64,000 nt of DNA, from assembly GCA_965202585.1 (NCBI GenBank), contig OZ241833.1, positions 35,030,001 through 35,094,000 on the forward strand, in the 5' to 3' direction. The notes beneath the pieces were generated by a model that saw nothing but the letters and a program-made list of their open reading frames with translations, was not told where the DNA came from and did no database searches. This stretch comes from Thalia democratica (taxonomy: Eukaryota). Positions 50,930 to 64,000 of this stretch are shown here, one piece after another. Position 1 is the stretch's first letter, and each line of letters begins with the position of its first letter. The position numbers and the translations under genes were made by a program.

Positions 50930-53900
50930 TAGATCAGGGGTCGGCAAACTGCGGCCCGCGAGGTACTTTTTAGCTAAAACACAATTTTTTTAAACACATA
51001 TAAAAGAAAAGGTTTTGCAATAAAAACTTACAATTATGCTCTTAATTTAATAGATAGTCTTAACTATTTTACTGTTTGTTTTATAATATTTTGGATAAAA
51101 TTATTTTTTTCTACTAATCACTATGATCTTTTTTTTAATATTTGTGGCCCTCGAAAACTTTTTTGTAAAATATACTATATTTAGTTAAGCAAGATAAAAT
51201 GTTAAACTAATTTAAACACAATAAGTAATTTAGTAGCATATTAGTATGCTAAATTTTGAATACATTTTATTTATTTCCATAGTTTAAACTGCTTTCCATT
51301 GGTTTAAAACCTATTAGTTAAAATTCAAGGTATGGTTTAAAAACTAAGTTAAAAATAGTTTAGATCTACTTAAAATGTTTTAGTTGATAAAAATTTCAAA
51401 GTTTGTTTGCAGTTAAATTTTTTGATAAAGCTATAGTGACGTAATAATAATATTGTACAAATTGTTATATTTTACAAATACGAATACATTTTGTTAATGT
51501 TAATTAGTTGTTATATACTGTTTTGTAAACCATTTGCAAATCTTTTAGTTTTCTAAGTCTTTTATCTTTTTATTGCAAGATTTTCTATTTATGATCTTGT
51601 ATAAAACTAGTTCTTTTTATAACTTTTATGGATGAACAAATTTTCGAAAAAGTATCCTTTTCTGAAAACTAGTGAATTTACTTGAAATGGTCAGATGAAT
51701 TTCTAAAAATATGTTCAAGCAAGGAAGTTCACGAACTAAAGATCCAGCAAAAGCTTCTTAAATTTTTCTTAAGAATGATTAAACTAATTACAAACAAACA
51801 ACTTTCGAATTTTATTTTCAGCTTTAGAATTTACTACTTGTTTCCTATTTCAACTTTTTTTTTCAATCATTGATCTCTTTATGTTAGTATGAACCATATT
51901 TTGTTTTCAATTGAACCTGAGTACTTGTCTTACTCCTAAGTTTAAGGATGAACAATAAAAATTCTTTTTTTAAAAACTAAATAGTTCTAAGACTTATTTC
52001 TTAGCCTTCAAACTACTGATACGATTACATTTTGCATAAACATTTTATTGATATCATATTGATATCGTTGTTGTTTTTCAAATTTTAAATTTTTTTATTT
52101 GATATGATCCACAGTTATGTCTCTCACCTTTGCAGCAAGAGTTGAACGCTTGCAGTAAATTAGGCATTCTTTTAAACTTCCAGCTCAGCTCAACTTTTTA
52201 TCTATCAACGACGTTTTTTTTTCTTTTATTCTTTGACACACTTTTAATAATGTGTTAGTATTTTTCCTTTTTATTTTAATATTTGCACTCTTTATGATTT
52301 TAATGTATCTTTAGTACTGCTTATAGAATTAATATCTTTAGTAGCTGCAAAAATAATTTTTCGAAACCTTATAGTTATCAATTCGCTTTTGAAAGTTCAA
52401 TGGTAAAGTTCCATTTAAAAATAATTCTTAATCTTCTTAGGAAGTAGGATCTTCATTTTCTTCAAAAATTGTTATAAAAAAAATTATTGTCATTTAATGC
52501 GAAAGAAAATTATAATTATGACAAATTTCTTCAGTATCTGAGCTGAAAATGATGTAAGGAAAGTGGTTAATAATTTTCTGGTGAAGGTCAATCAAATTTA
52601 GCTTCATTTTCTACAAACGTTTAATGACTACCATTGCAAGTCAAATAAGGAAAGTTGAACTTTTGATAACTCACTTCAGCGTCTGTGCTGAATACAGCAT
52701 TGAAAAGAGTTTCAACAGCCTGCAAAACATGTTAAGATTAAAAGTGAGCTAGAGTTGAAGTAAATAAATGACGAACTAACTTTATTTTCCATTTTAGTAC
52801 TATTATAATTGTAGTAAATTAAAATTTTTTCTATGGATAGAATAATATACTGAGTAAATAGTTAGGATTAAATTTACTTGGTCCTTCTCCATCATCGACT
52901 GAAGGAGCTGAACCAAGTTTGACTTCATTGTCTGCAATAATAATTTAGATAAAAGCAACTACTTTTGCAAGTTGTAAAAAAAAATAAAGATAACTCACTT
53001 CAGCAACTGTACTGAAAACAGCATTCAGCAGAGTTTCAACAGCCTGCAAAACTAATTAAGATTAAAAGTGAACTAGAGTTGAAGTAAATAACCAACTAAC
53101 TTTATTTTTCATATTTATACTCATATTACACGTAATATTGATTCACTGTAAGAAGTATGTGATGTAAAGATAGTGTTTTCATTATATTTATGTATGATAT
53201 TTATTCAAAAGTTAGTTGAAAATAACTAACATTTTTTTTCCATTTTGATTCGAGATATTTATAATATTCTTTATAAGACATATTAGTTTGAGTAAGAAAC
53301 TTTCATTAAAGTTTCATAAACTAAAATTTTTCACTACCATTTTGTATAGTTACGTCAAATGTTTAAACGAACAATTTTTTAAGGAGTTTAATCTGCGGGC
53401 TCATTTTCTCAATAGTATAATATAAACCACACAGGTTCTTTTTTATTATCTAAAAGCTTAATTACAGTGATAAGCATAACTCTATTACATGTTTTAAAAT
53501 CTTGGTAATCATGTTTTTGATCAATCTTTGGTCTCCAAACACTGCTTAGGTTTAAATTAAACTAAACATTTGATGAAATAAATAACTATCTTTGCTTTTA
53601 TAGATGTTTTACTGAAAGTGAAAAGCAACCAAGTTTTTTTTTGTATCACGGTTTCTTACTTATATTTTATAAAAAAAAATAAACAAAACAATAAAATTTG
53701 AACAAGTGGTTTCAGTATTTTTTCAATTTTATCTTCCAGTTCTTCAATTTTGTCGAACAGGAAGATTAAGTTCTTTTTCATTTGCTATAATAATAAATAT
53801 AATATTAAACATGCTATACTTTTTAAAAGTTCAAAAAGGTAACCAACCTCCTGGTCGTCTGAAAACATGGTTTCCAGAAACTGTTCGGCCTGCAAAATAT

Positions 53901-56900
53901 GTTATTTTTTTAAGTATAATAACATTGATTTTAATAAAGTTTTTACTTACTTTCGATTCCATTTTATATTTTAATAGCTTTCTATAAACTGGCCGCATTG
54001 AAATATAAGTATAATCGTTTAAAACAGAAATTAAAAGGTTATTAACATTTCCCAAAAACGATTAGCTTGTCACACATACTTGTATCATATTTTTAATCTA
54101 CTGTTTATAATATAAACAGTAGATTAAAAATCTGATTTTATAATAACAACTTACTTTAAATCACCAGGGAACACGTTTTCAATGAAAGCTGTAGCCAGCA
54201 AAGCTTTGATATTTTTATTTCAACAAGTTTGAAACAAACGACTTTTACATCTACTTAGTATGGTTAAACAACAAGGTCAGGTTCTCTATCAAGTTTTTTT
54301 CATCCATGCTTCTTCTTCGTCTTTTAATTCCTTTTTTCTTGTCTGCCAAGATAAGGCTCACGTTGGCAGCACTCGTCGTTTTTAGTTGACCTTTTTTTTG
54401 GCAACTTTCAGCTAAATAAATATTTTCTTGTTAGAAGTAAAAATAAACATCCAAAGCTAAAGAAACTTGAACCTCTAAGTTATCAGCTAGCTTCTACACA
54501 AGTTTATTTTTTCTCAAGTTGATTCTTTTTTGTTTTGTAAAAATAGATAGTTTCAGTTAGGCCTGTTTTGTTTGTGTAAACGTGAATATATAATTTTCTT
54601 AAAATTTGGGTTAAATTGCAAGCTTCTGCAACTTATTTTGGAGCACTTTTATCCGTAAACATACTGGAAATAAAAAACCAGGCTTAAAAATATTATTTAC
54701 GTCTTTTTTCATATTGTTTTTATAAGTTCATTTGCTTTATTGATACAAAACGTTCAAAAATAATTGCTTCTGCGAAAAATCTTACATAATTATTTTCGCA
54801 AACAAGTTAAATCAATAAAATGTGGCTAAAAGCTACAAATAGTCTTAGACATTTCATAAAAACTAGTAACGTACATGTTTAGAGCTTTTAAAAGTTGAAA
54901 AACTTAAAAGAAATGTTTTTAAAACTTTTCACTTTCTGCTAACATCACATTTTACTTTAACATTTTTGTTGATGTTTTTTCTTTACCTCGGATGTACTTT
55001 ACTAGTTCGTTAGAATATCTTGGTGTACTTATATTTTTTCTTCTAATTAGATACTAACTGTTGACTGGTTGATTTGCTCTATTGTTAAACATAAGTTAAC
55101 CAAGTACTTTTTAATCTGCTCATAAACACTTGAAAAACACCATATTTTTCTTTAATTTTCTTGTTAATTATTTATAACAAAACACTTTTAAAAGCTTTAA
55201 AGATTTGGTAATTAAGTTTTTGATAAAAGCATCAGCCTGCAAAAACCAATAAATTGTACCAATCTAAAGATTTGATTAATATTAAATAAACGGTTTTTGC
55301 AAGAGCTCAACTCTTTGCTCCAACTCTCCTATCTTTTCAAAAAGATAGGAAAGTTTTTCAACATTTGCTAACTTCTTTGTTTTCAGAGAACATGGAGTTC
55401 AAAAACTGTTCAGCCTGAAAAAATAAGGTTAACTTTTAAATTAAACCACATTTAACTTTAATAAATTTTTAACTTACGGTAGAAATCATTTTGATCATGA
55501 ATTTTTAGCATCAACTATGAAATTTTAAGTGTTTAGTAAAATATTTAAAATGCTTTACTTAATCATCTTTTTGTTCCAAGTCTCCTATCTTTTGGAAAAG
55601 GTAGAAGAGGTTCATCAACATTTGCTAACAAAAATAAACAGTTTAGTAAACATATTAAAAATTTATCTTTCAAAATAGTGTTAATAATGATGACTTACTT
55701 CTTTATCTTCCGAAAACGTTGACCTCAAAAACTTTTCAGCCTGAAAAAAAAGTTAAGATTTAAAATATATCGTATTTGACTTTAATAAAGTTTAAACTAA
55801 CGTTTGAATTCATTCTAGTTTCTTGAAATTGTTTAAAAACTATAGCTATGAACTATATAACTGTTAAGTTTTAAAATAAGCACGTTTGACTTGTTTATTT
55901 TTTAAAACCAAGTTTAAAATTATTTTAGTTTGTTTAGGCACTTTGAAAACTGTATTTAAACAACAATGCTTAAACAAACGTTTTTTGCAATTCTTCGACT
56001 TTGTTCTCTAACTCTCCAATCTTTTCAAAAAGAAAGACGAGGTTTTTCAACATTCACTATGAAAAACAAATAAGTTAGTAAACATATTAGTATTTGAAGT
56101 TTTAAAATAATGTTAATAATTCTAACTTACTTCTTTATCTGCTCAAAACATTTAGCATACAAAGTGTTTAGCCTGAAAAAGGTCAAGTTTTAAAATAAGC
56201 ATATTTTGCTTATTTGTTTTTCAAACTTACGTTTGAAATAATTTTAGTTTGTTTAGGCAGTTTAAAAACTCTACTTTCTTTTACTTTTGGTTTTTACAAC
56301 AGCTCTACTTTTTCTTTCAACTTTCCCATCTTTTTTAAAAGGAACAAAAGGTTCTATAACAATGGCTAAGAAAGATAAACAGTTTGGCAGATATACTAGT
56401 ATCACAACTTTAGATTACTGTATATAATGCAAACTTACTTTTTTATTATATGAGAACATGTTTTCAATGAAAGCCAGCAAAAACGTTGAGCTTTGAAATG
56501 CATCACTCTTGATTTAGAATAAAATTGGAACTAAAGATTTTTGCAGTTGTGCGCTGCTTTATATTGTTGAACAACAAGGTTAGGTTCTCTATCAAATGTT
56601 TTTCATCAACATTTTTCTCAACCTTTCATTCTCCTTATCTTTTTTCCTTCTCTGCCTAGATAAGGTTTACAACATCTCATCGATTTGAGTTGACCTTATT
56701 TTTTAAATAATTTTTAACTAGATAAGGTGATAGCTACCTTCTATTTAAACTCTAATTTTCTTCAAGCAGTTGTGTTTTTGCTGGTAAAAAAAACAGCCGA
56801 TTTTATTGAACCTTTTGTGTTTAGTTTTTATAAACATGAAATTTTAAACAAGCATTTGTTTTAGTTAACTGGAACATTTTTCTAACACTTACCAAGTTCT

Positions 56901-57780
56901 TTTTGTAAAAACTACTGCAAATATTAGTAACTTTCTTCTTTTACGTCTATAAAAAATAATGATGGCTTTTAAACTTTGAAAGTTCAACAATTTCCCGGTT
57001 TTTTGAACTAATACAAAGTTATTTTTATTTTCCAAAAAATAAGCAGTTTATTTAAAACGTAACACTATTATAAGTTTTGAAAACTAAAATAACTTAACTT
57101 TCTTCTTTGTCCTCTGAGAACATTGAAGTAAAAGCTTGAGCCTGCCTAAACCATTAAAATTTATTAAGAAAACTATTCAAAATAAAAAAAGTTTGAAACT
57201 TATTTTAGAGGACTTTAATCCGTTAACACACAGAAACATATGTCGGTACAATAAAAGAAGGATACTGTATAGCTTGTTTTTCTTATGTAAGAAAACTAAG
57301 TTTTTAAAAGTTATAACTGCTGTTCGTTTCCAATTTTTACGAAATATATATATTCACCTTGTGGTATAATCAATATAAACTATAGGCTTTAGTATGAAAC
57401 TTTAAACCGCTAAGTTGAGAAAGAAGTCTAGCAATCCAGTTTTGCAGTTGCTAATTTTTTTTTCTTTTATTGAAGCCGATCTATCTTTTCATATAAGAAT
57501 AGAAGGTTCTTTACTTTTTGCTAACAATGAAAAGACACCATGTAACATTATAAACATTGTATAGCTACATGCTTTTTTTTTTCTTATAAGATAATTTGAT
57601 GACTGGTACTACTATGTTCCTTATAACTATCCGCAATTTATCTGAGATCACGGTATTGTGTTTAAAACTTTTTCTAGATCATTAATTTTTGTTTTCAACT
57701 AAAAAAAGGCAAACGTTGGCAGCGCTAATCAATTTGAGTTGACTTTTTTTAAATTTCATTTCTAGGTTTTTCCTTGTTAA
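50930..57780 (-). pseudogene. Tandem unit 2 (longest copy)
   Basis: Cassettes include 53889-53848 AEQFLETMFSDDQE plus 53784-53708 QMKKNLIFLFDKIEELEDKIEKILK, and AVETLLNAVFSTVAE/TMKSNLVQLLQSMMEKDQ near 52.9-53.0 kb. Confidence 0.7.
50935..51160. mobile_element. Truncated hAT-like MITE heading unit 2
   Basis: caggggtcggcaaactgcggcccgcgaggtactttt. Confidence 0.6.
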
Positions 57781-57929
57781 AATTAAAAAGTTAAACCTCT
57801 TCCTGTTTTAGATATTTTGTCGTTTTACTTAAAGGTTTAAAGTACCAGTTCCGTTTTAAATGGTTAAGAGAAGTTTCGTTTTGATAACGAATTCAACAAA
57901 TACCAATAAATTCCCCTTTAAAATTATAT

Positions 57930-60900
57930 TTGATCTAGGTCAGCGAACCGCGGACCCGCAAAGCAAAAATCTGCTGACCAAAAAGTATTAACAAACTAAA
58001 AAAAGTGCCTATTTAAAATGATAAAAATAAGTTATTGTGGTTTAAATACGCAACATAAATCTTATCTTAATCATCTTTAATTAAAATCAAAATAAAATAA
58101 TTTCTACATGTTTTTATAGGATATTAGTTAATAAATAGTGGGTTGATTCGTTAACAGACAGAACCAGCGTATATTCTGTATGTTGGTACAATAAATGAAG
58201 ATTACTGTATAACTTGTTTTTATTTATATTCCAGTGAACTTGTTTTACTACGATCTTTTGTTAGCAAACGATTAAATCTATATTTTGAACAACTACAATC
58301 TAAATATTTATTTAATAACTCATCCTAACTAGTACCCTATTAATACTTATTTTACCATAATTTGGTTTAAAATTGTGTTTAGTTTCGTTCACATTATTAT
58401 ACATTGTATATTTTGTACACAGTGCGACCTGCGAGCATTTTTCCCTGAAAATTAGTGCGCGACCAATATGAAGTTATCAACTCTTGTCTTTTTAACTTAT
58501 TTTTTTTTTTAATAACTGCTACATAATTACTCTAAATTATAATAAGTTTTAACACAATACTATTTTTATTACCAAGAGTTTACTATGTACTTTATAGTTA
58601 TATAAGTGCCTCAGACATATTTAAAATAAAACTTACAAATATTTTGAACATAATAGTTTTAAACTATATTTAGTTAAGCAAAAGATAAAGTGTTGAACTA
58701 ATTTAAACACGATAAATAATTTAGTAACATATTAGTATGCTAAGTTTTGAATACATTTTATTTATTTCCATAGTTTAAACTGCTTTCCATTGGTTTAAAA
58801 CCTATTAGTTAAAATTTAAGGTATGGTTTAATAACTAAGTTAAAAATAGTTTAGATCTACTTAAAATGTTTTGGTCGATAAAAATTACAAGTTTGTTTGC
58901 AGTTAAATTTTTTGATAAAGCTATAGTGACGTAATAACAATATTGTACAAATTGTTATCCTTTACAAATACGAATACATTTTGTTTATGTTAATTAGTTG
59001 TTATATACTGTTTTGTAAACCATTTGCAAATCTTTTATTTTTCTAAGTCTTTTATCTTTTTATTGCAAGATTTTCGATTTATGATCTTGTATAAAATATA
59101 CTAATTCTATGTTTAACTTCTATGAATGTTCAAAAATTTTCGAAAAATATATCCTTTTCTGAAAACTAGTGAATTTACTTGAAATGGTCAGATGAATATC
59201 TAAAAATATGTTCAAGCAAGGAAGTTCACAAACTAAAGATCCAGCAAAAGCTTTAAAGTTTTTCTTAAGAATGGTTAAACTAATTACGAACAAACAACTT
59301 TCGAATTTTATTTTCAGCTTTAGAATTTACTACTTGTTTCCTATTTCAACTTTTTTTTTCAATCATTGATCTCTTTCTGTTAATATGAACCATATTTTGT
59401 TTTTAATTAAATCTTAGTACTTGTCTTACTCCTAAGTTTAAGGATGAAGGATAAAGGATTCTTATCTTAAAAACTAAATAGTTCTAAGACTTATTTCTTA
59501 GCCTTCAAACTACTGATACGATTACATTTTACCTTAACAATTTATTGATATCATAACTTTATTATTGTTTTTCAAATTTTAAATTGTTTTATATGATATG
59601 ATCCACAGTTATGTCTCTCACCTTTGCAGCAAGAGTTGAACGCTTGCAGTTAATTAGGCATTCTTTTAAACTTCCAGCTCAGCTCAACTTTTCAACTATC
59701 AACGACGTTTTTTTATTTTATATTTTTGACACACTTTTAATGATGTGTTAGTATTTTTCCTTTTTATTTTAATATTTGCATTCTTTATGATTTTAATGTA
59801 TCTTTAGTACTGCTTATAGAATTAATATCTTTAGTAGCTGCAAAAACTATTTTTCAAAACCTTATAGTTATCAATTCGCTTTTGAAGGTTCAATAGTAAA
59901 GTTTCATTTAAAAATAATTCTTAATCTTCTTAGGAAGTAGGATCAAATTAAACTTCATTTTTCTTCAAAAATTGTTATAAAAAAAAGTATTGTTATTTAA
60001 TGTGAAAGAAAATTATATTTATGACAGTTTTCTTCAGAATCTGAGGAAAATGATGTAAGGAAAAAGGTTAATAATTTTCTGTTGAAGGTCAACCAAATTT
60101 AGTTTCATTTTCTACAAACGTTTAATGATTACCATTGAAAATCAAATAAGGAAAGTTGAACTTTTGATAGCTTACTTCAGCGTCTGTACTGAAAACAGTA
60201 TTGAGCAGAGTTTCAACAGCCTGCAAAACATATTGAGATTAAAAGTGAACTAGAGTTGAAGTAAATAAATGACAAACTAACTTGATTTTCCATATTCATG
60301 TTCATATTTACTACTTTATAAAGTACTATATTTATGTATGATATCTATTCAAAAGTTAGTTGAAAAATAACTAACATTCTTTTCCATTTAGATTCGAGAT
60401 ATTTATAATATCCTTTATAAGACATATTAGTTTGAGTAAGAAACTTTCATTAAAATTTCACAAACTAAAATTTTTCAGTACCATTATGTATAGTTACGTC
60501 AATTGTTTAAACTAACAATTTTTTAAGGAGTTTAATCTGCGGGCTAAATCTCTCAATAGTATAATATAAACCACACAGGTTCTTTTTTATTATCCAAAAG
60601 CTTTATTACAGTGAATAAGCATAACTCTATTACATGTTTTAAAATCTTGCTAATCATGTTTTTGATACAATCTTTGGTCTCCAAACACTACTTAGGTTTA
60701 TAAAAAACTAAACATTTAATAAAATAAATAACTATCTTTACTTTTATAGTTGTTTTACTGAAAGTGAAAAGCAACGAAGTTTTTTTTTGTATCACGGTTT
60801 CTTACTTATATCTTATTAAAAAAAATAAACAAAACAACAAAGTTTGAACAAACGGTTTGATTAATTTTCCAACTTTATCTTCCAGTTCCTCAATTTTTTC

Positions 60901-62100
60901 GAACAGGAAGATTAAGTTCTTTTTCATTTGCTATAATAATAAATATAATATTAAACATGCTATACTTTTTTAAAGTTCAAAAAGGTAACTAACCTCCTGA
61001 TCCGCTGAAAACATACTTTTCAGAAACTGTTCGGCCTGCAAAACATGTTAAATTTTTTAATTTAATAACATTGATTCTGACAAAGTTTTTACTTACTTTC
61101 AATTCAATTTTTATGCTAAATTTATATATTAATTGCTTTTTATTAATTGATTGCATTCAAATGTAAGTATAATCGTTTTAAACAGAAGTTTTACAGCTAC
61201 TTGGTATGGTCGAACAACAAGGTCATCTATCAAGTTTTTTTCATCCATGCTTCTACTTCGTCTTTTAATTTCTTTTTTTATCTACTAAGATAAGGCTTAC
61301 GTTGGCAGCAATCACCGATTTTAGTTGACCTTCGTTTTCAGCTACTTTTAACTAGATGAGTTTCTTCTTGTAAGAATTAAAAATAAACATCCGAAGCTAA
61401 AGAAACTTGAACCTGTAAGTTGATAGCTAGCTTCTACACAAGTTTATTTTTCTTTTTAAGTTGATTCTTTTATGTTTTGTAAAAACAACTAATTTCATTT
61501 AGGCCTATTTAGTTTATATGAACAAGAAATTCTAAACAAGACTTTTTTTAGTTTACTTGCATATTTTTCTAACGTTTACTAAGTTCATTTTGTAATTGAT
61601 ACTGTAAACATTGGTAACTTATCTCTTTTGTGTTTAAAAATGGCTTTTAAACTTTGGAAGATTAACAATTGCTTGGCACATTTTCTTGAATATTTTTATT
61701 TTTCATTACAAATAAATGATTTACTGCAAACAAAACACTTTTATAAGATTTAAAAACTGAAAATCATGGTAGCTTACTTATTTGTCCTTTGTGAAGATTG
61801 ATGTAATAAAAGCTTGAGCCTGCAACAACCGTTAGTATTTAAATATAAGAAAACTTATATAAAAAATATATAACTACCGTCTTTTTTGACGTTTTCCAAA
61901 AAATATACTTTGACCTTGAGATAAACTCACTGGGAACTGTAGGTATCAGTATGAAAATTTAGACCGTTTAGTTAAAAAAGTTTTTCAATCGGTTTTTGCG
62001 GTAGCTCGACAGTTTTTAGAATCCGACCTATCTTTTCAAACACGAATAGAAGGTTCTTTATCTTTTTTAGAGAAATGAAAAGATTACCATGTAACGTTAT
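57930..62100 (-). pseudogene. Tandem unit 3 (internally shorter copy)
   Basis: 58670-61450 is colinear with 51180-54500. 61500-62100 matches 49300-50040 and 56800-57550, so one internal subrepeat is absent. Confidence 0.7.
57935..58486. mobile_element. Degenerate hAT-like MITE heading unit 3
   Basis: ctaggtcagcgaaccgcggacccgc ... gcgacctgcgag ... aagttatcaactcttg. Confidence 0.45.
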
Positions 62101-62254
62101 TGCTAACCATATTTATTTATAGCTAAATAAAGTGATATTACTTTATCTCTATCTTTAAAGGGTATAAATAGGTATAGCAACTTAGTTTAGTTATAAAATA
62201 AACCACAAAAACTATGTACAATTTATTACTTTCATAAACAAAAGATACAAAATG

Positions 62255-62730
62255 GTGCGTGACGCTTGAGTTTTTTACACATTAATCTTAAACGAACTTC
62301 AATATCGATAAAGGTGAACAAGACGATATTTCTGAACATAGAAATTCTATCAAAATTATTTCATATCGTACCACAGCTTACGTCTTCGGCCTCGAAGTCC
62401 TATATAAGCTGTTTTATATCGTTCTATAGTTAACCTCTGCGGCGGCGCAGTCCCAAGCCAACTATTTTGTATAGTACCGCCATTCACGTCTCCGGCCTCG
62501 AAGTCTCACGTGAAAAGCTGCAACTACTTCCACAAAGGAAGAGTCGCCCCGTTAAAGCGTCCTAGGTCCGCTCCGTAGGGTAGTTGAGGTATAATAACCT
62601 GTTTGTCGATGTGCTTCACCGTTTATATACATTTTTACTCTCTATTTTCCAGGTGACTCTACATGTTCGAAGCTGCAGGTGTCTCGACATGTTTTTACTA
62701 GCCAGCTAACATTCTCACCTTGCTTTACAC
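62255..62730. other. GC-enriched, CpG-rich island with an internal repeat; probable decayed coding sequence, unidentified
   Basis: acgtct(t/c)cggcctcgaagtc occurs near 62380 and 62487; short protein-like frames on both strands are broken by stops. Confidence 0.3.
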
Positions 62731-63642
62731 CAGGCACTTAATAAATACAAAGTTGTATTTTTTTGCCTTTGTCAATCAAATCATATAAACTCACCCTAAA
62801 TTTGAATACAACTTGCCAATTTGGTCTCCATATAAACATGTATTAACCATATAGAATCTCTTCAAAGAAAAAGAACAGAATAGTTATTAACCGCAGCATT
62901 ACTTATTATATTTCTTACATTGAAATCTATCAAAACTTAATATTTAATCTTTAGAATGCAGAAGACTTATACTTTTCCGAATGCTATTTAAAACTAATTA
63001 ATAACAGTTAATTTGTAATCCATTTTTGAACCTTAACAAAATAACTAATTATCCAGAAAAAAATCAAAAAATTCATACAGTAATAATCAACTTTTAGTTT
63101 AAATGTGGAATTAGCTTTAAAATAAAACTAATTTTTTCAAAAAAATTGAACAACTTTAATTTAAGTCTACTTGATTAACATAACATACTTTACATTTGAA
63201 ACTATCAGTGATTTAACAAACTTTAAACTTATAAACGATTGATTTAATATGTAGGATTTCGTTCATTCTATAGTTTGATTTTATTAGCAGCGCCTTTCCT
63301 CTGTAAATAATAAACCATTTTGCAATGTTTTGATAGATATTTTTTTCACCTGTATTCTTAATGTGCTTTGGACTTTAGGCTTTAAATTTAGTAGTTAGTC
63401 AATATACTTAAACTTTTGATATTTTTTTACAAATTTCTGTACCTTAATTCTAATAATGTTTATTTTAATTGTATCGATTATGCTTTGGCAAAGTTATAAA
63501 AACATATGATGAAAAATCAATGAAATACTAAACGGTTGCACAAATGTGCAAAACCTAACTCTGAAAGTCAGGATTTGTATATTCGGTTGATGTTTGAATA
63601 AAACAAAAATTTATTTATGAAGTTTTGTAGTTTGTTTGAATT

Positions 63643-63846
63643 ATGACATTCTGGTATGTTCTTAATGAATTTAATAAAAGTGACCCTGAACCTTATTTTA
63701 ATGTAGAACTGCGTGACTCAGACTATTTTGCTGATTGTTGCACTAGAAACTTAGAAATAATTTACTATATCGTCTCAATATGTGCTGCTGAATTTTGCAG
63801 AGAAGGTTTTTTGTTGAAAATAAATAGGAAGTTAATTCTAAAATGA
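63643..63846 (+). CDS. Possible coding exon or decayed gene, unidentified
   Basis: 67 open codons with protein-like composition (FWYVLNEFNKSDPEPYFNVELRDSDYFADCC...) in an otherwise stop-rich background; no splice context established. Confidence 0.25.
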   Translation: MTFWYVLNEFNKSDPEPYFNVELRDSDYFADCCTRNLEIIYYIVSICAAEFCREGFLLKINRKLILK

Positions 63847-64000
63847 AAGAATGTGCAGATGTGTTTGGTTTTATTGGAACTCACTGATCGTTGAAAGAGA
63901 TAATGATAAAGTTGCTTATTATAAAGTTAAAACCAATTTTGTTAACAACATTCTACTTCAAATCAAAAATAAGTTAATTAATAGTATACTAAAGTTCATT

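Noticed and set aside
62290-62400. Non-LTR reverse transcriptase KGD...NYRPIS-like motif
   Set aside because: The resemblance (DKGEQDDISEHRNSI) is too loose and no other RT motifs follow.
1-64000. tRNA, rRNA or telomeric arrays
   Set aside because: No cloverleaf with a T-loop in structural context, no rRNA-like GC-rich tract, and only scattered single TTAGGC/TTAGG hexamers were seen by eye.

Overview
Very AT-rich (roughly three-quarters A+T by eye) eukaryotic DNA with GT-AG introns; there is no prokaryotic-style gene layout. Short introns, TTTCAG/TTTTAG acceptors, GTAAGT/GTTAGT/GTTTGT donors and GC3-rich highly expressed genes suggest an invertebrate, most plausibly a nematode (inference). 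Most ORFs in the supplied track are antisense or frameshifted shadows, so genes were rebuilt by hand from splice sites. Genes: an inverted pair of secreted-protein paralogs (354-1500 +, 5120-7800 -), a partial multipass membrane gene (15.8-18.9 kb), a small N-terminally anchored protein (26.7-27.6 kb), a C-type lectin exon with a nonsense codon (34.7-34.9 kb) and an intact 118-aa secreted protein (36.7-37.9 kb). Mobile DNA: two 3.2-kb non-autonomous hAT elements with perfect 8-bp TSDs carrying a spliced passenger gene, and several MITE families. Repeats: a triplicated unit with 32-bp and 18-bp minisatellites (29.9-33.4 kb) and a nested tandem array of a decaying gene built from two-mini-exon cassettes (44-62 kb). 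The most striking non-coding signal is a complete minimal type I hammerhead ribozyme (3981-4020) inside a ~500-bp insertion with a 14-bp TSD and a 5' inversion, resembling a Penelope pLTR or retrozyme.
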